Part shown: piece by piece, positions 11,476-22,630 of the stretch
Numbering within the stretch: the first letter of the stretch is position 1
Layout of the letters: each line of letters starts with the position of its first letter
Origin: Mobula hypostoma
Taxonomy: Eukaryota
Assembly: GCF_963921235.1 (NCBI RefSeq)
Contig: NC_086098.1
Location: 3,472,001 to 3,536,000, forward strand
Direction: 5' to 3'
Length of the DNA stretch: 64,000 nucleotides
The notes under the pieces: model-generated
Seen by the model: the letters and a program-made list of their open reading frames with translations, nothing else
Database searches by the model: none
What the model was told of the DNA's origin: nothing
Made by a program: the position numbers and the translations under genes

Positions 11476-12469
11476 AATATTTCCTGACTTCCTTCTGAAC
11501 CAGCAGACACTCCCTGCTTGCTCAGCTGCACTGAACCAATCACATTCTATGAAATGGAAAACAGCAAAAAGACTTTTTAACCTCACAATCCATATGGTCA
11601 TGGCCCTACTCTTTATTGTCGACCTGCACTGCATTTTCTCTGTAGCTGGTCCATTTTATTCTGTTATTTTACTTCAATACACTGTGTAATGATTCAATAA
11701 GGCAAACTTCTCACTGCACTTCAGTACTTGTGACAATGATAAACCGATTCCAAGATCATTAAAATCAAGACATGCCTTTTCAAAGATTTACAGATGTAAT
11801 TGTTATTGATCACAAAAATTTTGAAGCAAACTTAATTTTGAATTGAATCAGATATAATTCAACTTATTTTTACCTTTCAAGTGCTCCCAGGAGAACAATT
11901 TTCCATTCAGGATGCAATAACTTCATGCAACTAAGAGACAATAGGGGATGCAAATTGCAACTGGGATGTACATTTTTAGGATTTAAACTATTCAAAAATG
12001 ATCATGAAGAGGCTTATTTCAAATGACTCAGTTCAGGAACTAAACTCTGTGGCTCCTTTCATTAGCTGATTGTCTCTTAAATTACCCATTAGCTCATTAA
12101 TAGCTTGCTCAGCACTTCTCGAGACTGGCATTGAAATTAGCACCCTATCCAAATCAGGTGTTTGGGACCAAACACAGTCGACCTGTTGCTGGAGTCACAG
12201 ATACTCCAGCACAGAAAGAGGCCCTTTGGTGCAGGTGGTCAAGTCGCACTATTAATCTGCCTCGTCCCATGGACTTGCATCTGGACCATCACCCTCCATA
12301 CCCCTCCCATCCATGAACGTATCCAAATTCCCATTGAGATCAAACCCACAGGCAGCTCTTTCCACACTCTCGCCATCTCTGAGTGAAAAAGTTCCCCTTA
12401 AGCATTTCATCCTTCGTGCTTAACCCATGACCTCTGGTGGTAGTCTCACCCAACCTCAGTGGTAAAAAA

Positions 12470-12780
12470 TAAACATGAGCAATTTTGCAGATGCTGGAAA
12501 CCCAAAGCAACATATACAAAATGTTGGAGGAACTCAGCAGCTCAGGCAGCATCTATGGAAATGAATAAACAGATGAATATTTTGGCCAAGACCCTTCATC
12601 AATACACACAAAATGCTGGAGGAACTCAACAGGTCAGACAGCATCTGTGGAAATGAATAAACAGTCGACGTTTCAGGCTGAGACCCGTCTTCAGTCACCT
12701 TCCATGATATGTTGACTGTGTACTGTTTTCCATAGATGCTGCCTGAGCTGATGAACTCCTCCAGCATTGTGTGTGTGTTG
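12470..12780. mobile_element. Cluster of three Penelope terminal fragments (two tandem, one inverted)
   Basis: AAAATG(T/C)TGGAGGAACTCA at about 12518 and 12610; reverse-complement copy at about 12707-12780. Confidence 0.75.
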
Positions 12781-13349
12781 CTTGGTGGAAAAGGGCCTGC
12801 TGCCTGATTTTAAATGCTACTTATCATCAGTGTGGGATTTTAAACAAGATCTCAGAAACATATTGGGAAATTATCTTGAACATAAGATCAGGATTTCATC
12901 AACATTCAACCAATATGCATCTGGAGATGATCTAAGAACCTCAGCCACAGGCCCATGAGAATTACTACTCTTTGTTAGAGTCACCAGGATAAAGAGGTGA
13001 CTTGGTCCGATCCTAGGCATCTTGTGCTTGGTCTGAATGAGAAAGGAACAATCACCATTGCAGGAGAGGGACACGAGGGCAAAGGTTAAGAATAGTGAAC
13101 AAAAGTTGGAAGCTTGGCCTCACAATCTACCTGATTATGATTTTGCAGTTTATTGTTTACCTGTACTGTACTTTCTCTGTCGTTGTTTAAGTTTATTCTG
13201 CATTGTTAACGTTTTACCTTGCTCTGCCTCAATGCCAATGCCCCGTGTAATGAATTGATCTTACACAATAAGACGTAAGAGCAGAATTAGGCCATTCAGC
13301 CCATCGAGTCTGCTCTACCATTCCGTCATGGCTGATCTATTATCCCATC

Positions 13350-14250
13350 TGTGGTGTGGTGGCATCCACACCGGATTTCGAGGCAAGTGATCCAGGAATC
13401 AAGTCCACGGTGGCTCCTTGCACACTTTCTATCCATGCTGGGCTGTGCATCGAGCTAGCAACTTGGCCTCGTAAGCTGTGTACATACATCTATTGATGCT
13501 TCTGGACACATCTTCAGTGATGTACCTGGAATCATCAGGTGTTTCGGGTCTTTAAACATCATACAACCTCCTCCAGGTGACCCAGCCGCGGCTGATCAGA
13601 CCCCAGCTTGTGTCCAGATGGCTAGCTATTTATGACTCCATGGCTCCCCTCTTCTGAGCCACAGCCATCTTGAGGCCCTCTCTGCCGCATCGGTGGTACT
13701 GCGGATGGCTCTCCTCTTCCTCTCTCCCTCGATGCCCAAATTGCTGAAGGCGCTAACTAAAGAACGGGCTACGAATCCCCTACAACCAACCTCCACTGGG
13801 AGACACCTCGCTCTCCATCCAGCCTGCTGACAGTTGCTGACCAGTCCTGCGTACTTGGAGAGCTTCCTTTCAAAGGCCTCTTCCAAGCTATCTTCCCATG
13901 GGACTGTCAGCTCCAGCAGCACCACTTGCTTAGTAGACTCAGACACTAGGACAATGTCTGGTCGCAGGGTGGTGGTTGCGATATGGTTGGGGAATTTCAG
14001 CTGCCCTTCGAGGTCCACCAACAGCTGCCAGTCCCTTGCAGAGGTCAGAATGCCTGCAGATGTTCTTTTGGCGGGTATTGGCTGCTCCTCAGCTCTGACA
14101 AAGGCAATGGTCTGCTTGGAGGGTCGGGACCGCTTTGCCCACTGAACTCCTGCGCTGAGAGCTTCATCAGTAAAAAACTGATGAAAGTGCTGAAGAAACA
14201 GCAAGTCTGCTGCCTGATGCACCACAAGGTGCAGAAAGGAACGACAACAA
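13350..14250 (+). mobile_element. SINE-like element with (CAA)n tail (pieces 13350-13474 and 14170-14250), split by Hero
   Basis: Degenerate tRNA-like head, GGAACGACAACAA end, ATC on both sides; family not securely identified. Confidence 0.5.
13475..14169 (-). mobile_element. Hero-clade (R2 superfamily) non-LTR retrotransposon 3' fragment: restriction-like endonuclease domain plus 3' UTR
   Basis: ORF 13626-14261: LRPDIVLVS..KQVVLLELTVPWE...KLSKY...PVEVGCRGF...AERASRWLW (PD-(D/E)xK-like RLE); GTAA duplicated at 13471-13474 and 14170-14173. Confidence 0.88.
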
Positions 14251-15025
14251 ATCAACCACATTCCGCTGCCTTTTCCTCAGAACCTTTCATGTCCTAACTA
14301 ATCAAGAATCTATCAAGCTCTGCTTTGAATATACTCATTTACTTGGCCTCTATATCCATCTGTAACAATGAATTCCACAGAGTCACCACCCCCAAGCAAA
14401 AGAAATTCCCCCTCTTCTCTGTTCTAAATGGAAATCCCTCTATTCTGAGGCTGTGCCATCTGGTCATAGACTTCCTCACTGTAGGAAACATCCTCTTCAT
14501 ATCCACTCTATCGAGGCCTTTCAATATTCAGTAGGTTTCAATGAGAATCCTATCATCCTTCCAAACTCCAGTAGTACAGGGCTGGAGCCATCAAATGCTC
14601 CTCATACATTAACCCTTTCAATCCCTTGATTATTCTTGTGAACCTCCTCCGGACCCTCTCCAATGCCAGCACAATTTTCCTTAGATAAGGTGCCCAAAAC
14701 TGGCCACAATGCTCCAAGTGTGGTCAAACCAATACCTCATAAAACCTCAGCATTACATCTTTGCTCTTATATTCTAGTCCTCTTGAAAATGAATTGCACT
14801 TACCTTCCTAACCATCCACTCAACTTACAAGTTAAACTTCAAGGAATCCTGCATAAGTCTCCCAAGATCCTTTTACACCTTTGAATGTTGAATTTTCCCC
14901 CATTTAGAAAATAGTCTACACCTTAATTCCTTCAACTGAAATGCATGACCATACACTTCCCAACACTATATTCTATCTGCCATTTCATCTCTCTAAGTCC
15001 ATATGCAGCCTCCCTCCTTCCTCAA

Positions 15026-16127
15026 TCCACTCTGCTCTGCTGGGGGAGAAGCTGACAGCGATGCAGGTGGATGCTTCCCTGGTGTCATGGATTCTTGATT
15101 ACCTGACTGGCAGACCACAGTACGTGTGCTTGCAACACTGTGTGTCCGACAGAGTGATCAGCAGCACTGGGGCTCCACAGGGGACTGTCTTGTCTCCCTT
15201 CCTCTTCACCATTTACACCTCAGACTTCAACTACTGCACAGAGTCTTGTCATCTTCAGAAGTTTTCGGATGACTCTGCCATAGTTGGATGCATCAGCAAG
15301 GGAGATGAGGTTGAGTACAGGGCTACGGTAGGAAACTTTGTCACATGGTGTGAGCAGAATTATCTGCAGCTTAATGTGAAAAATACTAAGGAGTTGGTGG
15401 TAGACCTGAGGAGAGCTAAGGTACCAGTGACCCCTGTTTCCATCCAGGGGGTCAGTGTGGACATGGTGGAGGATTACAAATACCTGGGGATACGAATTGA
15501 CAATAAACTGGACTGGCCTAAGAACACTGAGGCTGTCTACAAGAAGGGTCAGAGCTGTCTCTATTTCCTGAGAAGACTGAGGTCCTTTAACATCTGCCGG
15601 ACGATGCCGAGGATGTTCTACGAGTCTGTGGTGGCCAGTGCTATCACGTTTGCTGTTGTGTGCTGGGGCAGCAGGCTGAGGGTAGCAGACACCAACAGAT
15701 TCAACAAACTCATTCGTAAGGCCAGTGATGTTGTGGAGATGGAACTAGACTCTCTCATGGTGGTGTCTGAAAAGAGGATGCTGTCCAAGTTGCATGCCAT
15801 CTTGGACAGTGTCTCCCATCCTCTACATAATGTACTGGGTGGGCACAGGAGTACATTCAGCCAGAGACTCATTCCTCCAAGATGCAGCACAGAGCATCAT
15901 AGGAAGTCATTCCTGCCTGTAGCCATCAAACTTTACAACTCCTCCCTCGGAGGGTCAGACACCCTGAGCCGATAGGCTGGTCCTGGACTTATTTCATAAT
16001 TTACTGGCATAATTTACATATTACTATTTAACTATTTATGGTTCTATTACTATTTATTATTTATGGTGCAACTGTAATGAAAACCAGTTTCCTCCGGGAT
16101 CAATAAAGTATGACTATGACTATGACT
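15026..16127 (+). mobile_element. Young 5'-truncated Rex1/Babar LINE (RT C-terminal half intact)
   Basis: ORF to 15975: WILDYLTGRPQYV, TGAPQGTVLSPFLFTIYTSD, KFSDDSAIVG, YKYLG; AATAAA plus (TATGAC)n tail. Confidence 0.93.
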
Positions 16128-16295
16128 AACACTACCTGCCCCTCCACCTACCTTTATATCATCAGCAAACTTGGCCATAAAAAATTGTGAACACATGATC
16201 AGGACTTCCTCAGCATTCACTCAACGTGCATCTAATGACTTCATCTAATAGACCTCTCAGTACAACAATAGCCTGGTTACAGACTCACTATCAAT

Positions 16296-16725
16296 CTTCT
16301 TATCTTAGAAAGGATGTGCTGAAATTGGAAAGGATTCAAAAGCGGTTCACGAAAATGGTTCCAGGCTGGAATGGCTTGTCACATGAAGCACGTTTGACTG
16401 CTCTGGTCCTGTATTCACTGGAATTCAGAAGAATGAGGGGTGACCTAACTGAAACCTATTGAATGGTGTAAAGCCTTGATAGAGTGGATGTGGAGAGGAT
16501 GTTCCCTATGGTGGGACAGTCTAAGACCAGAGGACACAGCAGAATACAGGGATGTCCAGGAATTTTTTTAGCCAGAGTGGTGAATCTGTGGAATTCTTTG
16601 CCACAGGCAGGTGTGGAGGCCAAGAGTTATGTATATTTAAGGCAGAGGTTGACAGATTCTTGATTGGCAGGGCATGAAGGGATACGGGGAGAAGGCAGGA
16701 AATTTGGATCAGCCATGATGAAATT
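16296..16725 (+). mobile_element. CR1 3' fragment
   Basis: YLRKDVLKLERIQKRFTKM..LYSLEFRRMRGDL; 3' UTR truncated at a rearranged junction. Confidence 0.85.
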
Positions 16726-16887
16726 TGACATCAGAAGGCTGATGATCCTTTGAATCCTCCGCCAGCTGGAAACACTGGAAGGTCTACAATGGAAACACTG
16801 GAAGCACTGGAAACACTGGAAGGCTCTACAATGGGCCAAAATTGTCCCAATGCGTCACCGGCACCAGCCTACCCATTGAGGAGACAT

Positions 16888-17225
16888 TGAGTGTGTGTCT
16901 TCAGGCTCCTGTATCTCCTCCCTGATGGTGGCAATGAGAAGAGGGCATGTCCTGGGCGATGGGAACCTTAATGATGGATACTGCTTTTTTGAGGCAATGT
17001 CTTTTGAAGATGTCCTGGATGCTGGGGAGGCTGGTGCCCATGATGGAGCTGTTTGAGTTTACAACTTTCTTCAAATCCTGTGCAGTGGCCCCTCCGTACC
17101 AGACAGTGATGCGAGCAGTTAGAATGCTCTCCGTGGTACATCTGTCGAAATCTGTGAATCTTTGGTGACATATCAAATCTCCTCAAATTTCTTATGAAAT
17201 ACAGCCTCTGTCATGCCTTCTTTGT
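16888..17225 (-). mobile_element. Rex1/Babar 3' ORF fragment
   Basis: ORF 16901-17176 ESILT..ITVWYG...LPSIQDIF..CLKKA.SIIK. Confidence 0.8.
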
Positions 17226-17759
17226 GTATTTATCAAAACTGGCCAGCTATGTTTAGGTTAAAAAAATGGTTTTCTCATCTGAAAATGATGACAAAATTAG
17301 AATTATTCCTGACAAGTCCTGCCTATTGTAATATTTTCTCAATGTATTATCACAGTTTTTTTTATGTCTTCCTTCGTTAAAACTGGGAGCAGTAAATAGG
17401 CCATGTGAAGTTAAAGGCAGAAACTACAAGGAGAATATTTTAAAGTCTGCCAAACCTGTCCGTTGTGTTAATGCTAAATCTCTGAATGAAGATCCCATCA
17501 ATCACCCCTCCACATTACTTCCACACAACCCTGCTTTAAGTATGTACTTGGGACATTAAAAAAATTATTGAGTTTGCTGCCAACATTCTGTCAGATTCCA
17601 ACTTGATACTTTTATAAAGTAGTTATGTCATCTGACTTTAATATTTGTGCAAATTATTGCTCTGTTGAGATTTTCATCCAAAAAAGGTAGGGGAAATGGA
17701 GCCACTGGGAACGAGAGTTGTTTTCTCTAAATTTGTCAGCAAGTAGAGAAACTCTCTAG

Positions 17760-18220
17760 ATTCAAGATTCAAGATTGCTTAATGTCGTTTCTAGTACATA
17801 AGTGTAACGGAGAATGAAATAATTGTTACTCCGGATCTGATACAGCCCAAAAAAAAGACAATAAGCTAAAGGGCACAATAAATATAAATATATAATATAG
17901 CATAGATGAGTTGTTTGTCTTATAGCGCTAAGCACAGGCTGACAGGAAATAATAAAGTGGTAGTGGGTTAGTGGGTGGAGGTGTTGATCAGCCTTACAGC
18001 TTGGGGCAAGTAACTGTTTTTGAGTTTGGTGGTCCTACTGCGGATGCTACATAGTCTTCTCCCTGATGGGAGTGGGACAAGCAGTCCCAGAGCAGGGTGG
18101 GTGGGATCCTTCATGATGTTACTGGCCTTTTCTCGGTACCTTTCTGCATATACGTCCTTGATGGTGGGTAGGCTGGTGCCGGTGATGCGTTGGGACAACT
18201 TTGGCCCATTGTAGAGCCTT
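17760..18220 (-). mobile_element. Rex1/Babar 3' end
   Basis: ITGTSLPTIKDVY..KA.NIMKDPTHP..LLVPLPSGRRL..RTTKLKNS.LPQAVRL; GATTCAA repeats at the tail. Confidence 0.82.
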
Positions 18221-21200
18221 CCACTGTTTCCAGTGCTTCCAGTGTTTCCATTGTAGACCTTCCAGTGTTTCCAGCTGGTGCCGGTGATGCGTTGGGACAA
18301 CTTTGGCCCATTGTAGAGCCTTCCAGTGTTTCCAGTGTTTCCATTGCAGACCTTCCAGTGTTTCCAGCTGGCGGAGGATTCGGAGGATCATCAGCGTTCT
18401 GATGTCAAATTTCATCATGGCTGATCCAAATTTCAGCTTCTTCCCCTTCAACATCAGATTTCTGAATGGACAATGAACCTATGAACATGATCTTGCTATT
18501 TTTTTTCTTTTTTTCACTCTTTTTGCCCTACTTACAGTATTTAATTTAATTGTATACATTTTTATTGTAACTTATAGTGTTTCAAAGTTCAAGTTCCAAG
18601 TACATTTATTATCACAGTATGTATACAGTATACAACCTTGAGATTCGTCTTCTTGCAGGTAGTCACAAAACAAAGCAACACAATAGAATCCACTCAAAAC
18701 CCTCACACAACAAAAACCGTGAAACACCAAATCAGCTAAAAAATTAACAAATCCTGCAAACAATAAAAAAATACAGAGAAAATGAACCACAGAGTTCCCA
18801 AAAGTGAGGCCACACTCACAGAGCCAGTTTAGTAGTGAGGTGAGTGAAGCCGGCCCAGGAACCCGCTGGCTTTGCAGGCCACAGCTGTGGAACCAGTTCA
18901 GTGCTGAGGCCAGTGCCGATAGCTGCAGGCCACAGGTGCAAAATCAGCTCAATGCTGAAGTGAGTAAGCCTCGCAGAATAGTGAGCTGAACACCAGGTTG
19001 TCCTTTGCCCTCGGCTTTGATGCCTTGATTAAATTGGGCAAAAAGTTAAAAAAGTAAACAAAAACACATGGAACAAGAACTTGAGAGTTGATGAAAGAGA
19101 GTCCACAGCCGCATAGCCCATTCAGCACTGAGGTGATTGAAGCAGTCCAGGAGCCTGATGGCTGCAGGGCAACAACTGAACCGGGCAGTGTGCCTCAAGA
19201 CTCCTGAACTTCACGCCTGACAGTCGTAGAGAGAAGAGAGGGAGACCAGTCAAATGCACTGTTAGTATTCCACTAACTGATCCTTGACAATTTTCAATCT
19301 TGCTCACCGCTTTAATTGATGCAGAGTCATGGAGCCGACCACAGGTTCGCCTTCTGCCACCAGGTCTCGAGGCAGTGTCCACCCAGTGCCCAGCAATGGC
19401 CGCCCCGGCCTTACCTGCACTATCGAGGGTAGTTTGTCAAATCTCTCAGGAGACTGCAAAAGTGCCAGTTCAAAAACACATTGTTAAAAGGGAAATTACA
19501 GACAGCAGCCATCACAGTTCAGATGGGGTATACAGTATCTACCAGAGGATCTAGTAGTTTTATGAGCTGTTTGCAGCACAGTGCTTCTGGTCCCTGGGTT
19601 TATTGCACTACTTATTCAATTTTATATTTTTTTTTAACTGTTGGACTTTGGCCACATTCCACCGTGATACAACACTTGGCGGCACGGGAGGTCATTCCTG
19701 CCTGTGGTCATCGAACGTGCAGCTCCTCCTGTGGAGGGTCAGACACCCTGAGCCAATAGACTGGTCCTGGACTTATTTTCCATCTGGCATAGTTTGCATT
19801 TTGCTGTTTGATTGTTGGTGGTTTTTTTGTATTGCTATATTTACACTCTATTCTTGGTTGGTGCGCTGTAATAAAACCAAATTTCCCTCGGGATTAATAA
19901 GGTATATCTATCTATCTATGTAATATATATACCAACAGTGATCAGGGTTCAATACCCACCGCTGTCCGTGAGGAATTTGTTCATTCTCCCCATGGCCCTC
20001 TGGGTTTCCTCCAGTTGCTACAGTTTCCGTCCACATTCCAAAGTCATGCGTGTTTGGGTTAGTAAGTTGTTGGAATGGTATGTTAGCTCTGTAAGCGTGG
20101 CTCAAATAGTTTTAGGTAATTGCCGCATGACCTTCCCATTCTAACATTCTGCTTATTGACAAATGAAATATTTCTATGAACACAAAAGGTTCTGCAGATG
20201 CTGGAAGTGCAGAGCAATTAATTTAATTTAATTTAATTTACATATACTTATTGTAATTTATAGTTTTTATTATTATGTATTGCAATACGCTGCTGCCAGG
20301 AAACAACAAATTTCATGACATATGTCAGTAATATTAAACCGGCTTCTGATTCTCATTCTGATGCGAATGGTAGTAATGAGAGGAGAGCACGTCCTGGGTG
20401 ACAGGAGTCCCTAATGATGGATGCCACCGTTCTGAAGGCATTGCCTTTTGAACATGTCCTTGATGGTGGGAAGGCTAGTGCCCGTGATGGAGCGGAATGA
20501 GTTTGCAACCTTCTGCAGCGCTTTCTGATGCTGTGCAGTGGCCTCGCCATACCAGACGGTGACACGACCAGCTAGATGCAAACTGATAATGTGCAGTCCT
20601 GGAATCCGTTAAGTCGTTTTCTTCTGATAACACTGGAGAGAGATATTGTAAAGAAATACTAATTTGTATTGTATCCGTTTTCATGCATCTGCTTTCTTGG
20701 TGTTTGGTGTAAGAAAATTGTACACTGAAGAGGTTAAAAAGGACTTTGTATTACATAGAGTTGATGTGGGAAAGATAAGGCCAAGTGAAAACAAGATTAG
20801 TAGTTTCAAAACCCTTTAGCAGTTGAGAGTCATAAAAAAGGAGATTACTGAGCACCTTGTGGTGCGTCTAAGCTACATACAGGGATTAGAGCAACTGAAT
20901 CCCTCTGTCTGTCACTCAAATAGCTCCTTTTTCCAGTCAAGAGATTTCTGATAAATTTTTAATAGATGACTTTCACGATACCATCAAGACAGTTAACGGT
21001 TTAACATGCCTGGCAATGCACACAAGCCTGAGTATTTTCTGATTTCTTTTTACGGGCTATAACATTCAGAAATTTAATTCTATGATGTCGTTATGGTGCT
21101 GAGGTGTGTGTAGATAGGTAACTGCAGTTTTTTAACATCTCTCTCAATTACCAGCTTGATCCGTTAACGAGATAATGCAGATCTCATGATTTTAATCTCC

Positions 21201-21242
21201 TTTCATGAAAAAAGGGGATAAAAACCTCAGCCGTCTTCAAGT

Positions 21243-22630
21243 AGCAACACATACAAAATGTCAGAGGAACTGAGCAGGTCAGGCAGCATCTAGGGATGAA
21301 TAAATAGTCGACGTTTCGGGTCAAGACCCTTCATCAAGACTGGAAAGGAAAGGGGAAGAAGCCAGACTAAGTTGAGGGGGAAGGGTGAGGAGTACAACAT
21401 GGTCGATGATAGGTGAGACCAGGTGAGAGGGGCTGAAGTGAGAAGCTGGGAGACAATAGACAGAAGAGGTAAAGGGGTGAAGAAGAAGAAGAAGAAGAAG
21501 AAGAAGGAGTCTGATAAGAGAGGACAGGGGATCATGGGGAAAGACAAGGAGGAGGGGAACCAGAGGGAGGCGATGGGTAGGTGAGGAGAAGAGAAGGGAT
21601 GAGAGGGGAACCAAGATGGGCAATGAAAAGAGAGAGAAGAGGGAGGGGTGGGGGAGAAATTACTGAAAGCTGGAGAAATCCACTAGGCTACCCAAATGGA
21701 ATATGAGATATTGCTCCTTCAAACTGAGTTTGGCCTCATCATGGCCATGGACTGACACGTCAGATTGGGAATGGGAAGTTGAAATGTAATAGGAGATGCT
21801 GCCTTTTGTGGCAGACAGAGCAAAGGAGATTGACAAAGTGTCTCACATTCCGCATCAGCTTTCATTGATACAGAGCAGGCCAAACCCAGAGCACTGGAGT
21901 GAAAGTGACTGACAAAGCATCTCGTAATCCGCATCAGCTTTCATCGATACAGAGCAGGCCAAACCCAGAGCACTGGAGTGAAAGTGACTGACAAAGCATC
22001 TCGCAATCCGCATCAGCTTTCATCGATACAGAGGAGGCCAAACCCAGAGCACTGGAGTGAAAGTGACTGACAAAGCATCTCCCAATCCGCATCAGCTTTC
22101 ATCGATGGTGATGAGGCCACACTGGGAGCAGCAGATACAATAGATGACTCCGACAGATTCGCAGATGAAGTGTCATTTCATCTGGAAGGTGTTTTGGGGC
22201 CCTGAATGGTGTTGAGAGAGGACGTTGGAGGTGCAGGTGTAGTACTTGTCATGTTTGCTGAGTTAAAAGCTAGGAGGGAGATCTGTGGCAAGGGATAAAT
22301 GGACAAGGGGGTCACATAGAGAGTGATCCTTACGGAAAGCAGAGGGAGATGGGGAGGGAAAATGTCGGCTCCTGGTGAAAATGGCAGAAGCTATAAAGAA
22401 TGATGTGCTGGATATGGCGGCTCATTGTGTGGTAAGTGAGAACAGGGAGAACCCTATCTCCGTTAAGCCGACAGGAGGATGGATGAGGGTTGATACGCTG
22501 GACACAGAGGAGGTGACGCTGAAGGCAGCGTCGATGGTGGTGGAAGGGAAACCATGTTCTATGAAAGAGAGGACACCTCAGTTGTGCTAGAATGGAAAGC
22601 CTCATTCAAAACACAGATGCAGCAGAAACA
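21243..22630 (-). mobile_element. Penelope-like element 3' part (about 1.4 kb) with hammerhead motif at 21305-21342
   Basis: Colinear with 8652-9282 plus 10917-11222; degenerate GIY-YIG; CAGTC-TTGATGA-AGGGTCTTGACCC-GAAACGTC-GACTA on the minus strand. Confidence 0.85.
21831..22106. repeat. 79-bp tandem repeat, about 3.5 copies
   Basis: CCGCATCAGCTTTCAT recurs at 21850, 21929, 22008 and 22087. Confidence 0.95.

Larger units (their letters stand above)
13267..16180 (-). mobile_element. Old CR1 3' half, interrupted by a SINE(+Hero) at 13350-14250 and by Rex1 at 15026-16127
   Basis: CR1 text is continuous across both insertions (TATTATCCCATC|AACCACATTC; TTCCTCAA|CACTACCTGCC); ORF 14339-14524 KGLDRVD..RMFP. 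Confidence 0.85.

Noticed and set aside
13511..13550. CUGAUGA, CUGAAGA and GAAAC words in the Hero 3' UTR suggesting a hammerhead
   Set aside because: GAAAC lies only 2 nt before CUGAUGA, leaving no room for stem III, NUH and stem I; I could not build a valid hammerhead topology
21831..22106. Regularly spaced repeats resembling a CRISPR array
   Set aside because: Units are contiguous with no unique spacers, derive from Penelope sequence, and there are no cas genes; the context is vertebrate
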